Of a DNA stretch of 64,000 nucleotides, positions 36,456 through 49,810 are shown in pieces. The translations under genes and the position numbers were made by a program. How positions within the stretch are numbered: position 1 is the stretch's first letter; every line of letters starts with the position of its first letter. The DNA is from Gekko japonicus (lineage: Eukaryota), in assembly GCF_001447785.1 (NCBI RefSeq), contig NW_015172686.1:4041-68040 (forward strand), written 5' to 3'. The notes beneath the pieces were generated by a model that was not told where the DNA came from, searched no databases, and was given only the letters and a program-made list of their open reading frames with translations.

Positions 36456-36502
36456 GTGCTCGCTTCGGCAACACATATACCAAAATTGGAACAATACAGA
36501 GA
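36456..36502 (+). pseudogene. RNU6: 3'-truncated U6 snRNA retropseudogene
   Basis: GTGCTCGCTTCGGCAACACATATACCAAAATTGGAACAATACAGAGA matches U6 nt 1-47 with 3 substitutions; flanking direct repeat. Confidence 0.92.
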
Positions 36503-36830
36503 CATGTATATATGTTTATAGCAATCAGATTAATTCCCCCCACCCCTTCAAACTGCATATCTGCTCCTTAACCAGTAGAATGGAATACTGAGTTTCTCCT
36601 GGCAGAATAAAGTATGATAGAGGAGACCTCATTCTGCTGTACAAACCTTGAAAAGTGGCTGATACAATGCATATAAAATTATACTAGAAAGTATAAAGGG
36701 ACAAGTCAACACCTAGGCTTGGAAAGCAACAATCGAGAGAGAGAACAGAACACAGGCCCAGCCTTTCTCCCCCCCTCTAAATCTCAATCAAATCTATGTG
36801 CACAATTTGGTTAAAAGACCACTTTCTTAC

Positions 36831-37042
36831 ATAAATTCATTGAAGAGTTCCTCAGATGGACGATTTTCAAATGTTATTGGATGTGAATCAATGTAGATCT
36901 GCGACGTGATGCCAGCAATGATGAAGTCCCCTGATTTATAGTATTTGTGAAGGATAGGAAGAGGCTCTGTGATGGGGCACAGAGGAACCTTACACAGTGC
37001 CAAAGGGACTAACCCTAATGCCAGCACCACACACACCACCAT
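36831..37042 (-). CDS. V2R gene B exon 1 (alternative upstream ATG at 37111)
   Basis: MVVCVVLALGLVPLALC...HKYYKSGDFIIAGI; donor GTAAG. Confidence 0.9.
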
Positions 37043-37184
37043 CCTGGGTGAACATTTCCTTCCTTCAGCTATTCTGACAATGTTTTCAAGTGTTCCTGAG
37101 TATCCCAACATGGATGATCATGCCGCTAACTGTAATCTCACCTTTTACTGACTCAGAACTCAGACTGATGGATCCCCCTGCCCT

Positions 37185-37385
37185 GAACGTTTCAGGGAAT
37201 ATTAATAGCATCCTTCAGTATGGATACCAGTTTTGCTAGGGCCCATTGGCTTCCTCTAGGAACATGAAACAGACGTAGAACTAATGGTGGTGATTTTGTT
37301 AATTGCAGGGTTGATGATAATCTACCAAGACATATTGCAGGGGGGGGAAAAATCCCATCCTGCTGTCCTTTCCCTCATATGGATT
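37185..37385 (-). promoter_or_regulatory. Putative promoter of gene B
   Basis: TATTAATA 37200-37207; TTAATTGCAGGG 37299-37310. Confidence 0.5.
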
Positions 37386-38203
37386 TTTTAAATTGTTATT
37401 ATTATGTGTACAAGGAAGCGCCTACCTGTCCCAATGAACTGGTGCTGGGCTCTCTCAAGATCAGCTCTTCTGAACTGGACTATATGATCCCTTTAGTGTT
37501 GCCAGTCCCCTGTTACAAGCAGGGGATCTCTGTGCTCGGAATGGCCATGGGAGGGGACTGCAGTGGCTGCAGACTTACCTAGAGGCTGTTTCGTGGTGTC
37601 AGGGCTGGGTACCAGGAAGTGAAAGGACTGCATAGTCCTTCCAGTTGCATTTCCTGGTGACTGTGGGGTGGGGTTCAAGCACCTTCCATGTCATCAAAGG
37701 GACTTGTGGGATGGGACCTCTAAGCCAAGTTGACATGACTTAGAGCCTCCTGCATCTTCTTTCTGTTTACCGGTGCAATCCACAGGACTGTCCCACTTGA
37801 GATGCTACTAAGGATATTATACTTCCACTTGATTATTTTCCCCCATTACAAAAGTCATAAACCATGAGCCATTACACATGAAAGGGGAAGCCTAAGATTT
37901 TGCTACCAGAATTAAGATGTATAACATCCTTTATTGGCATCTCAAAGGGGACAGTCCTGTGGATTTCACCAGCAACCAGAAAGAAAATGCAAGCTGTCAA
38001 GACCAGATGAAGACACACTGAGACCCTAAGCAATGTCAAGCTCCTCTAATCACCACCAAGTTATTAATTGTTCATTGTTGACTGCAGGGTTGATAGAAAG
38101 GGGGACTTTCTATGTATTGGTCTTTGTCAGGGCAGTAGGTCAAGATGGGTAGCCCTGTTAGTCTGTCTGTAGCAGATCAAGAGCCTAGTAGCACCTTAAA
38201 GAC

Positions 38204-39360
38204 TGTCATGCCCCACCTTCACCTTTCACTGGTATTACCCCCATGCTGTGGCACAGGGGTGCTGGAATCATAGCATCATAGAACCGTAGAGTTGGAATGG
38301 ACCTCGAGGGTCATCTAGTCCAACTCCCTGCACAATGCAGGAAATTCACAAATACTTTCCCCTCCACACCCACAGTGACTGCTGTTCTATGCCCAGAAGA
38401 TGACAAAAAACCTCCAGGATCCCTGGCCAAAGTGGCTCAGAGAAAAATTGCTTCCTGTCCCCAAAGTGTCAATCAGCATTTCCCCGGGAGTGTAAGAAAG
38501 GGCCACAGGAACTAAGCACTGAGGCAACCTTTCCTGGCCTCCCTCTCATGATATGCCTAAATGGCCATCTAGCCTCTGTTTGTAAACCTCCAAAGAAGGA
38601 CAGCCCACCACTTCCTGAGGAAGCCTGTTTCACTGAGGAACCACTCTGTCAGGACGTTCTTCCTAATACTTAGCCGAAAACTCTTCTGGTTTAATTTCAA
38701 CCCATTGATTTTGGAGTGCCCCCCACTGCTGTCTTCTCCTTGGGAGCGCAGTTGATTAAGATGGCAATCAGATGGCGTGATTATAGCGCTGTTGACATGC
38801 CTCAAATATTACCTGGATTTATTTATTCCTCAGTGACACGATCAGACACACAGTGCTCACCCCACGGTCTGTCCTCCAGACACTCATCGGTGCGCGGGTT
38901 TTGTTGTTTTTTTAAAAAAATCCTCACTTGTGCATGTGCATGAGTGCTTATTCGTGTACTTCCATGTCCACTGCCTTCCCTTCTGTGTGCCCCACCCATG
39001 TACAGCAGCACTTGCCATTTCAGGCCCCACTGTATTCGTCATGTTTTTCTTCCCCCTTTGATGGGACCCTGATGCATTTGTCATGCCTCACTCCTCCCTC
39101 AGACGAGGTCTTGCCATTCTGTGCACACTGCTGGCTTGTCTCTCTGCTTAGATTGTTTCATACAGCCAACTGATATGTGGCTTGATGGCCTTTGGCCTTT
39201 TCAGTGTGGCTTCTAGCCCCTTCAGCACACTAAGTTGCTTTTGGGGCCCTGGGTTAAACCATGGCACGGGGAGGGACCCAGAGCTTCCTGCAGGGTTGTG
39301 AGGGTTTATGGTGGTGTCGAAAGTGTCAGAGTGAGGGCCAGCAATCCCCATGGCTGGACA
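38204..39360. mobile_element. Solo LTR inserted in a Penelope-derived repeat (38145-38203 and 39361-39420); contains a nested CR1 3' fragment (about 38267-38720, minus)
   Basis: TGTCATGCC...GGCTGGACA termini, 5-bp TSD AAGAC. Confidence 0.8.
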
Positions 39361-39902
39361 AAGACTAACATTCGTGGCAAGGTATGAGTTTTCATGAGAC
39401 GATGCTCACTTCTTCAGATGTGGGGTCAGTGTTATTGATTATTTTATTCTATCACCCAGTTTGTTCAGTTTGATTGATTCTTTGGAAACAACAGAACATT
39501 TGAGCAGTGACCATTTCCTTCTCCAGTTAATCTTAATTATTTCAGGTTGTAAATTCAAATTCAAATACCTTTTATTGGCATACAATATTAGAAGCATTTC
39601 CCAATAATACAATCCAAAAGAAATTATAAAATAGATAGTCATGGCTATGTCAGGCCTAACTCAAGTTGTCGCAAGCTAGATTTGACCATACAAAAGATGC
39701 CTGAATCATAAAATAAATTGGCATTCTAAACTTTTAAACTTAAGTTTTTAGACTTATAAATTAAGAATCATTAATATGATCAGGGTCACTCTTCCGTTTT
39801 ATAAAACCAATGGAGAATTTCAGGTTGTAATGCTTTTGCACCTGTTTTCACTTTCCAACTAAATCAGAATTATGATAGACAGAGAATACTGGTTAATGAT
39901 AT

Positions 39903-40096
39903 NNNNNNNNNNNNNNNNNNNNNNNNNNNNNNNNNNNNNNNNNNNNNNNNNNNNNNNNNNNNNNNNNNNNNNNNNNNNNNNNNNNNNNNNNNNNNNNNNN
40001 NNNNNNNNNNNNNNNNNNNNNNNNNNNNNNNNNNNNNNNNNNNNNNNNNNNNNNNNNNNNNNNNNNNNNNNNNNNNNNNNNNNNNNNNNNNNNNNN
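39903..40096. other. Assembly gap
   Basis: N run. Confidence 1.
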
Positions 40097-40309
40097 TCCT
40101 CTGATCTATAGGTCTTAAGTAGTATTTGTCTAACATGGCTTGAAATATGAGGAAGAAAGGAAGAATTCAGGCCAGAGAGGGTTAATACATAAGCTACAAA
40201 ACAGTATTTTCTTATATGTTGCCCAATATTTCATGCTCTGAAATAATTTTTTTGCCAAAACGTAAATTTTCTACTCTTAAATTGGCTGATAACTTAGGAA
40301 CTAAAATAT

Positions 40310-41549
40310 CAGCTGAAGACTCTAGCCAATGTAGTATCAGACGGCAGTGGTGTGCAGACCCGCTGATTTCTGGTGCGTGGCGGTGTGTCTCTGGGCTCCC
40401 TTGGAGTGGCAGGCATGGGTGATGTGGCCTGTCTTGCCACAGGCCCTGCAGGTAGTGTCTCGGAAATGGCAGGAGTGACCCTCATGGGCCTCTCCGCAGC
40501 TGGCACAGGGCATTGATGTGACAGTCTCCGCTGGACGACTGGTGGTGGCAGAAGTCATGGAGAATTGGGCAGCGAATCTGATGGGTCTCTTCTTCATCTG
40601 ACGCCTCAAAAGCCGAAGGGGTGGAGGCCTGGTGTTCAGCAGAGGCCTGGCAGTCTCGCTTGGATTCCTTGAAGGCGGTGGCCTTGCTTAGCTCCTTTCC
40701 TAGTGTGAGGCCCTCATGGCCAATGAGCTTTCAGCATAGTTTTTCCTCTCGGATGCCTGTCATGAGCCAGTCGAGGAGGGTGTCATAGAGAGTTGAAAAC
40801 TCGCATGTGAGGGCCAGTTGGCGAAGGTCCACCACGAAGTCGGCAACTGTCTCATTGGACTTTTGCTGATGCATGTACAAGTTCACGTGGCGCACCATCT
40901 TCGTGGGCTGAGGCACAAAATGGCCAATGAGCGCTGCAATGAAGGCGGCGTAAGTGTCTGCCTTGAGTGTGGTGGGCACAATGAGGCCCTGGATTAGCCT
41001 CAGGGTTGCGATTCCACGGGAACTGAGCAGGAGAGCCTTCTTCTCCTTGCCCTTGATGTCCTGGAACAGTATGAAGTACTTGAGCCGCTCCATCCAGGTT
41101 TCCCAAAGCTCTGGGTAAGCGGGGTCAGATTCCGGCAGATGTTCTGCAGTGGAAGCCATAGTCCTGGTTGCGATGTGATGCGCGTGGCACTGGAGCTGAT
41201 ATGCGGTGCAGTGCAGATGGATGCTGGGCTGGCTCAACCGGATCTCATCCTCATCGCCACTGTTAAATAGTGGGTTCCATGGATAAGCAGACCCCAAGTC
41301 TAGTGATCAGCTCTACTTTATTAGTGATTTCAGCAAGAACAAGACTGAAAACCCCAGGGAAGCAGCCCTGTTAAATAGCATGCAAAAGCCACACCCGAAC
41401 ACACCCCACTCCCAACGATAGGCTATTTACATAACATTACCTCTTGGCTGGTTACTTCCAGAGTCCTGGTGAGCTATTGTTCTTGGGCTCCAAGCTCAGC
41501 CTGTCTCAGGTAGAACAGTTGTGGAATGTTTCAGTCCCAATACATAACA
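40310..41549 (-). mobile_element. Gypsy (Mag-like) LTR retrotransposon 5' part: LTR 41261-41549, tRNA-Ser PBS, decayed gag
   Basis: LTR termini TGTTATGTA...TATTTAACA; PBS TGGCGATGAGGATG; gag WETWMERLKYF...ETVADFVVDLRQLALTCEF; knuckle CRACGKTGHITHAC. Confidence 0.9.
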
Positions 41550-41789
41550 AGAACCATATACAAAGTGAGAGGGACTTATAGTTTCAGTGGCTTTAAATGT
41601 TTGGAAGTGACTAGTCATCAAGGAGGGATTGGATAATTGCCCCAATGCTGTGCAAATTTCAAGATCCACAGCAGGCATGCACAGCAGGCATGCAAAGGAG
41701 AAGCTTGCTGGTTCCCTTTGGTGTGTTTGAATTGTAGTTCAGGGCAGACTTAGGGGGGAAGTGGAAGTCTAAATATGGCTATACTAGAT

Positions 41790-43643
41790 TGTACGTATGC
41801 CAACCCCCTGTCTCTCGGGACAGGTAATTTACATAGCAATGGACCCCATGGGGTACCCCAGAAATCCATACACTAGGCAACTTTACATAAGTGAACACAA
41901 AGATGGACACCAGGACTGGCAGGCCCCATAATTATGCCTAAGAAGAATCCCTGGGAAGCACTTGCAATTTTGCTCTGACAGCTGTGATTCCCCCGCCCCT
42001 AGTCAACATCTACATACTCCGGACAATAGACTTGCCCTACCCAAGAGTTATTTCTTTCACTGATCATATCAACCTGATCTCCTTTCCTCCCCACATTTCC
42101 TTCACAATCGAACGTTCTGACTGCTATTACCTTCCCACACCCCAAGCCCAGGGGGCTCGTCAAGCAGTATTGTTTCCATTTTTATTAGTTTAAATTAGCA
42201 ATCCATTAGTCCTTCACTCACTGGAGGAGTAATCAGGAACCCAACCCAAATTGCATTTTACTCCATTGTGTGTTCATGTCATTTGGGGCGCCTACCAATG
42301 TTCCCTCTAAGCTGTGGAATCTTGTGAACTACTGGCATTAAAGTTGTGAGTGAGCGATTTGGCTACTGTATAAATTAGTTTGCTCTGGAGCCAGCCTTCC
42401 TGAGCTAAGACAAAAATCTGTGAGCTGGAGGCTAAGAAACTGTGGGGTGGCTCACACTAACTCAGCGTAGAGGGAACACTGGTGCCTACCAACATGCAAC
42501 CCCAGTATTCTGGGTGTCAGGGTTCCGCTTCACACTTGGGCCTCCCTGCCAGTCGCCAGGGTCACCTGCAGGCTGATGAGACCATGAGCCACTTCTCATA
42601 CCCCCTTTTCCCCCAGGAGCACAGAAGTGTCAGATGTGGGTCAGGGAAAGGGTTACCTCACCACCCTTCTCCTACCCTGCTAGGTAAGGGTCCTCTCTCT
42701 CTCTCTGGCATGTGGCTGCTCCTTCTCCCCAGTCTCTCTCCTCCTCAATTTCCAAATTGTGTGCCTTATATCCTACCCCACTCCCCACTGCCTGCATCTA
42801 GCACCTCCCACCTCTTAGCCCCACCTCCCCTCTTAAGCCCTGACACCGTCCCAGGTGGGTGGGGTGTGGCCATACTGCACTGTTCCAGGAGGGGGTCGGT
42901 GGTGCTTCCTTGGGGCCCATGGCGGCTCTCCTGTCCTCTGGTGTGTTGGCCGTTGGCATCTTGGGCTGGCCTGGGTGGGGGCCATGGGGAAGCAGCTGAG
43001 AGTGGGCACAAGGTGAGGCCACAGTGAATGCTGCAACAGCCTCCCCTCCTGGCTTGCCAGCAATGGTGTGGCCTGCCTCCTCTTGGCTCTGTTGGAGGCT
43101 TCTGTTGTTTGGCCGTCTCATTTATTTGGCCCACTTTCAAGCCCCACCACTGCCACAAGTAAGGTTTAGGGCCTTGTCTTCAGGGCCAGGGGAGTTGCCT
43201 TCTGTTGCCATGTTAGGGGTCCCACCAGGGTTGTCTTCACCACCTGCCATCCGGGCACCAGGACACTGGGTTCTTCTCAGTGAAACACTGGTTCTTTTGC
43301 CATCTCTCCTTTTTCATGGACATCTTTAGGAAAGGAAGCTATTAACTCTACCTCCCAATTATCCTGCTCCTCTCTTTATTTTCCATAAATCTTGTATGTG
43401 TGTATCTTACATGTGTGCATCTTCTATGTTAAATTCCCTAAATACTCTTCAACAAAACATTCTCTATTTTACTCTTGGACTGATTATTAAGAGCTCTCAT
43501 AAATAGAAAGATCCCCATAAAAATGGGTATGATGATCTTCCCTAGTAGGATGACCTCTTGCTGATGCCTGCCATTTAGCTAATTAACTCCAGAAACTGAA
43601 AGCAGAGTTTCAACTTCTTAAATCAAAGCAGGAAGGGGTAACA
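41790..43643. mobile_element. LTR-like insertion (ERV-type?) splitting the conserved downstream block
   Basis: TGT...ACA termini, 4-bp TSD agat/aggt; flanks are contiguous in the paralogous units. Confidence 0.55.
42296..42481 (-). mobile_element. hAT-like MITE copy 3
   Basis: 8-bp TSD gcgcctac/gtgcctac. Confidence 0.9.
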
Positions 43644-44752
43644 AGGTGAGATCACTGCGGAAAGCAGAATTACTTTGATAGTTCGATGGAGTTACCTGAG
43701 TAAGCAAAGAGCTCGGGTTGGACTGGTTGAACAAAGGCTGAGCAGCAGCTTTTGACATTCCTTGGAAAACTGATTGAGTTACAGGAGAAGTTTACAATAT
43801 GGTTATTGGGTCCAGGAACTTTGAATGAATGATTCATGGCCAAGGGTCTGAGGGATCATGGGAGAAATGGCCCTTAAACACAGTGCTCCTTGGAACACTC
43901 CAGCATTCCAATTTTGTGTGTCCAGAAAATTCCTCCCATTTGCAATGCCCACCCAAATGTTGATATCAAATTGGGTATCAAATGGGATACCTTATCCAAG
44001 TCTTTGGCAATCTTTTCAGATGATCTTTCACAGTGACATCTGCAGAGGTACAGAGTGGACTTCCTTGCATGTAACAGTTTAAGAATAAAATTTAAATGAA
44101 GAAACAAGTAGACCTCAGTCTTTATTTTGACTGTTCACACTATGGAGATAAAATAGTTTTCTTGCTGACCTACCATTTGATCAGTCTTTTCTTATACATA
44201 CAATTAGAATGAGCAATTGATTTCTTAGGAACTGGAAAATAGGAATAAAGAAGAATGCTCAAGGAAAGTTCAAGGAATGCAAAATATTTGCATTTGAAAA
44301 TGCTGAGTTCAAAGGAAAGCACTCTGCAATACGTTTGGGACTCACAAATGCAATTATTTCCAAGGAGGTCTAATAATTTATCATGCAACCATTGATACAT
44401 TCTGGAAATCTGGTGATATTAAAGTCATCAAGAAATAGCAAAGCACTAACTTTTACAAGTATAAAGGAGGAGTAAAACCCACAATAAAAAGTCAGTTAAA
44501 ATTTTTAAAAGAGCCAGACTCAAGCTTTTGGGGAATGATTTGGGGCTTTTGGTAACATAAAAAGAAGTGACAATTAACAAGCTTTTGCAAACCCAGCTGT
44601 GAATGTTCTATTTCATTCCCAGACTAAGTAGATAGGCAACATTTATTGAAGACTGTAATGAGGAAAGAAATGCTCCAGAAGAAAAAATAGATGTCATGCC
44701 CTAACTACTGCTGATTCCAACAGGATATATTCTAGGGATATAGTCATAAGAT

Positions 44753-45654
44753 TTAACCCTTTCTTTTAATTAGCTGTCCTTTTGTGTTCAGCTCTGATCT
44801 GAGTAGAATGATGTAGCATTTTGGGGAAAAGATGCATCCCAGTAGCCCAGCACTGGAGGTTAAGATGCAGAAGATCTCCACAGCCACCATGGATTTTCCC
44901 TTGGTGCTCAAGTAGGTCGGAACAAAGGACACCCAAACACTGCAAAAGACCATCATGCTGAAGGTGATGAACTTGGCTTCGTTGAAACTGTCAGGTAACT
45001 TCCTGGCTACAAAAGCCACGGTGAAGCTGATGATGGCCAGAAAGCCTAGAAAGCTCAGGACACAGTAATACATGGTGACGGACCCTTCATTGCACTCCAG
45101 CACAATTTGCTCAGTCACGGAATGCATATCAAAATCTGGGAAGGGGGGAGATGTCACCAACCACACAGTACAAATAGTACCTTGTAAAAGGGAACATGAA
45201 ATGACAATGGAACCGGACAGCTTTTTCCCTACCCATCTCCTCATTCTGGACCCTGGCTTTGTGGCCATGAAAGCCAGAACCACAAGAACTGTTTTGGCCA
45301 ACACACAAGAAACAGCCACCGAGAAGATGATGCCAAAAGCCGTTTGTCGAAGGAGACAGGTCACCTTCCCAGGCTGGCCAATGAACATCAAAACACAGAG
45401 GAAGGAGAGCAGGAGGGAGATGAGGAGAGTGTAGGTGAGGTCCCGGTTGTTGGCTTTGACTAAGGGAGAGTCCCGGTGCTTAATAAAGATCCCAAGCACC
45501 AAAGTTGTGATGAAAGAGAAGGAAAGAGCGAGAGTGACCAAACTCATCCCCAAAGGTTCTCCATAAGACAAAAAGCTTAAGTCTTTTGGCAGGCATAAAT
45601 TCTGGTCTTTGTTTGGATACTGACCTTCAGGACACCGAGAACATTCATTTAAGT
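44753..45654 (-). CDS. V2R gene C exon 6 (7TM)
   Basis: 902 bp; [14 protein letters not shown]; stop TAA. Confidence 0.97.
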
Positions 45655-46194
45655 CTGAAAAAAAAAGAATCATTTATGTACATGAATGTTCTCTGCAGAG
45701 TTCATTGCAATTTGCAAGGATCTTCAGAGTGCTGCTCAGATGAAGTCAGACAACTAAATTTTCTGCCTACCTTGAATTATACTTGTAGGAATTCTTAGGC
45801 TCAGTGGTGCCTCCAAAGCATACAAGTTTTCCCTAGATGGTGGTGAAGTGCTTCCCACGCACACACTCTAAGTATTACAAACTACATTGTTTCCTCTAGA
45901 ATTTCTGGATATGCTGTTCTTCTTCCTCCCCATCCCCCAGTCAACTGAGATATTATTTTGTAAGAGCACTTGCATATCTGGTCATCTTTAGTTTTTCATT
46001 AGTAACCACGGAACTGAGTAGAAAAGCGTTCAACATTAAGGATCTTAGGCGGCCATCCTAAGAACACTTTCTGGAAGTAAGCACAATTGAATTAAATGGG
46101 ACTTACTTTTTGGTTGACATTTTTTGGATTGCTCCAAAGGTCTACATGCACATATTAAATTACACTCAATATATCCAGTGCTTCAATCTCTTAC

Positions 46195-46321
46195 CTTTTT
46201 CATTTGAAATCTTTCCTGCTGGACATGCAAGGCAATCATAACAGCAAAACGGCTGCCCTTCCTTCTTTGTCCTGCTATAACCAGTATGACAATCCTCATT
46301 GCAAACAGAAAGAGGCTGCAC
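46195..46321 (-). CDS. V2R gene C exon 5
   Basis: [42 protein letters not shown]; 127 bp. Confidence 0.95.
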
Positions 46322-47572
46322 CTAGCCCAAATAGAAGATAAATGGATTTGGCATGGCATGATGGCATGACCTCTAGAGACAATTTGGAGTGCAAGAGATG
46401 GTCGAACGTTCTATCGTCCTTAAGAGTCTCGTAGCAATGGGATGGGATGGTTGCAGTCCTTGGGAGAGTTTCTCTTTCCACAGTGAAAGGACATCATTAG
46501 CACCATTAGCTAGCAGTGGGTCTGAAGGACAGTTAAGGGACCTTCCTGTTCTGCAGTTTCCTAGCTCAGCAATATTTTCTCTGGGTGAGGTGGTTTGTGT
46601 GATAAGAAATTTGTGAAGGATACCACCTGTGTCATTGTGTGGGGGGACTTCAGTGTTGATGAATCTACCTTGTCTGGCTATATTCAGGAATTATTGTCCT
46701 CCAGAGCATCTAGACGACTGTCCCAGGTTGTACTAAACCCCACTAATAAAAAGGGATGTTTTGCAGATTTACTCCACTGCATTGGGCAACAGACTGGTGA
46801 TCTTGTGGGAAACTGCTGACTATAACTTCACTTGTGAATATGTTACAATCTACTGAACAACCGAATTGGGTGCAGCTGTTGTACCTTGCTACACTGGTGC
46901 TTGATCCTTTAAGATGGTTCATCCCCTAAACCTTGTGGATCACATAAAGTTTCTGAAATGCTATACAGGTGGTGGTGGGGTTTCAGAGTTTCAGTGTCCA
47001 TTGTTTTGATTGGACAAGCTATGGGATTAGTTTAATTAGTTGCAGTTATTTTAATTTGGTTGTTTGTGGTTTCTATATTTTTTATTTTATTGTTATTCTT
47101 TAAGTTACAGTGAATGTTTAGAAAAGTGGGACAAAACTGAGGTTTTAAAATTATACCTGCCATCTCAAGGCTTTGTTCAGTGTCCTATGCCATGAAAACA
47201 TTTAGACAGATGAAACCATAATATGCTGCCCTGTGATGGAATCTGTCACATGTTGGTTGGTCAAGCTAATCAGGATACTGCTACACTTGGTAGTATTTCC
47301 TATGTGCCTTCTGTTTACCTGGATCAATATATTTATAATCCCTTTCCCTTTGAAGACACACAAAGTATCTTGAAGACAGGACAACCAAATGCACAATAAA
47401 GTATTGGTTTTCCCCCAAAACTTTGCACAACAAAATTTCAGGAGAAAATGAGGCTCAAATGATACTCCCCTAATGAATGGAACAAGCATAGAAGACAACT
47501 GTCATATGTGACCATTTTACTGCTATTTCAACATTACAACTTGATATATCCCAGAAGATACAGCAATCATAC

Positions 47573-47800
47573 CTGGTTGAACACCATAGGCCATTCAATG
47601 GTTTTGTCATGAATGAGGAGCATTTTGTTGGGGGGAGCCTTTGAGTCTGTCTTGCCCACTTTGACTCTATGGAAGGACTGGTTTGGGAATGTGATCCAAT
47701 TGATAATATCAAATTCAGTGACTAATTCACCATTTTGGTTAAAGGAAATTCTTTCCCCAGCACTGTTGTTGAAAGAAAAACTTCTCAGAAACTGGTGGAG
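47573..47800 (-). CDS. V2R gene C exon 4
   Basis: LHQFLRSFSFNNSAGERISFNQNGE...; 228 bp open. Confidence 0.95.
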
Positions 47801-48034
47801 CTAAATGGGGAGTGAGAAAGTAAAATTGGTTCATAAGGATGAATGATATATGGAAATATGTAACACATTCTCAAAAATATGAACTTGTGTTACTTTTACC
47901 CCCAGCCTCAACCTGGAGCCTTACGGAATTTATTACATTAAAAGAAAAAGTCAAAACAGAGACACACCAGAAAACACTAATGGCTGCTTTAAAAACTGTC
48001 ATATAGGAGGTCCCACATGGCAGTGCAACATACT

Positions 48035-48235
48035 GTCAAGAAACAGCTGAGTGATAGTGACCACGTAAGGCTTTCAAGGCATGGGGTGAACAGAAGTGAT
48101 TTGTAATTGTCTACTTCTGAATACCAACCTTTAGCTTCCTTGGTTGTCTCCCATCCAAGTACTAACCAAGGCCAATTCTGTTTAAGTTCACAGACCTAAT
48201 AAGATCTGGCTTGCCATGAGCTATCCAGGTCAAGG
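48035..48235 (-). mobile_element. 5S-derived SINE, paralogous copy in gene C intron 3
   Basis: gtctcccatccaagtactaacca is the exact reverse complement of the 5S rRNA internal control region segment. Confidence 0.75.
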
Positions 48236-49255
48236 TGAACCTTATATTCCCCCTTCCTCATATAGTGGTAAAACTGAAAATATCATTATGCTGCTTTAAC
48301 CATCCCAGTTGGTAAGAAAGAGGAATTAAAACTAGTTTCATGAACAAAAGAATTCAAACACAGAAATCTACCATAACACCAATAAAGTTTTCTAATACTA
48401 CAGCCAGTGAATCTGCAAAAGACAACATTTCTGAAAGAGCTGCATTAGAGAAAGGATCAGTTATACCACCTTTTTTGGGCTAAAGAGAATATAGGCAATG
48501 ATAGTCAAGAGCCCAAACATCATATTCTGGGTAGGGTGATAGAGTGGAGTGAGGCAAAGCAGCTTCAGATATGCCTGGATGGTGCCTCTGTCTTTGAACT
48601 GTGCTTCAGACAGATATAGCAGAAAAGGTGGTTTGGCAGTTGTTTTATCTAAGTGTCAAATGCAAAAGAGCAGCATGTACCTATTGGTTTTCTTAGACTT
48701 GTCATCGGTGTTTGACAATTCATAGTGTCTTGGGAGATCAGCTGCAGTAACCATGAAGTCTACAGCTTTCAATGTGCTCTGTTCTTTCCTGAAGAGAGCT
48801 CAATAATCTCTTTCATCACAGAAGTGTGAGGTGACTGGGACATAATAGAGACCCTCCAGGGTCCATCTTGTCTCATTTTGCTCTGCAGTATTTAGGTCAA
48901 AGTGTATTAATTGGGAGTTGGCTGTAATGAAATCCTAGATGATATATCCATTCCTATCATTTCTTTATCTAAAGTTCTAGAGGCTCCTCTGGATGTCCTG
49001 AATTAGTACCTTCAAGCTTTGCTTCAAATGGCTGAGGGTGACCAAGATGAAATGGAATCCCCGAGAAGAAGAAGAAGATGGAGCTCACTGGGATGAGCCT
49101 GCCAGTTTTGGATGGGAGAGTAAGCAAAGACACTGAGGGATGCTCTTGGACCCATTTTTGCTAATGGAGAGACAGGTTGGCATGGAAACTGCAAGTGTCA
49201 GCTCGGCCTCTGGTTTAGCTGCCATAAGTATGGGGGTGGAAGGTTGGTATTTTAG

Positions 49256-49435
49256 GGCTGCGGTCACACGTAACAGAAGCCACACAAGTGAGACGGAAAA
49301 CAGCCGGAGTTTCCGGGCGCGATCTCACCAGCACATCTGGGAAGCGTAGCACTCCCGTGGCTCAACCGAGGCTTCCAGCCGAAACTGCGTGGCAAAAAAC
49401 TAGTACCTTGGAGGTACTAGTTTCCGGAAACTGCA
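49256..49435 (-). mobile_element. Truncated copy of the 11316-11834 MITE family
   Basis: Matches the reverse complement of 11660-11834, including the AAACTAGTACCT...AGGTACTAGTTT palindrome. Confidence 0.85.
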
Positions 49436-49810
49436 GCAGGATTTTACCTAACCCTTGACTGGCTATAGGCCATCAAAGTCCCTCTTTGAATTATGTATGT
49501 CTGCCTTTCACGCATGCTTCTAGCCAGTCTTAACATAGAATGTGTGCACAGATGAACTGCCTTTACTGTAACCAATAAACTTTACTTCTTCAGATGAAAG
49601 TTGTTGGGAACTGATTGCTGCAGGGTCTGACAGAGAGCATGTCTTAACTCACAAGTTATCTCCCTAGGTTACTCTGCAGAATTAGCTATGCTGGTCTATG
49701 CCAGTGTAATCTCTGGACTGGTGTTCTGAGATGAAAGTTAAATGAGATTTCTCTGAAAATGACTAGGAAGCTTCATCTAGTGCTTAACACAGCAACCCAC
49801 TGCTCCCGTC

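Noticed and set aside
40731-41297. Domesticated gag-like gene
   Set aside because: Frameshifted and truncated, with LTR and PBS still attached; an ordinary Gypsy relic
42482-43329. Several 100-180 aa ORFs on both strands
   Set aside because: GC-rich interior of an LTR-like insertion; no recognisable domain
48140-48235. 5S rRNA gene
   Set aside because: Partial, decayed and fused to a SINE body
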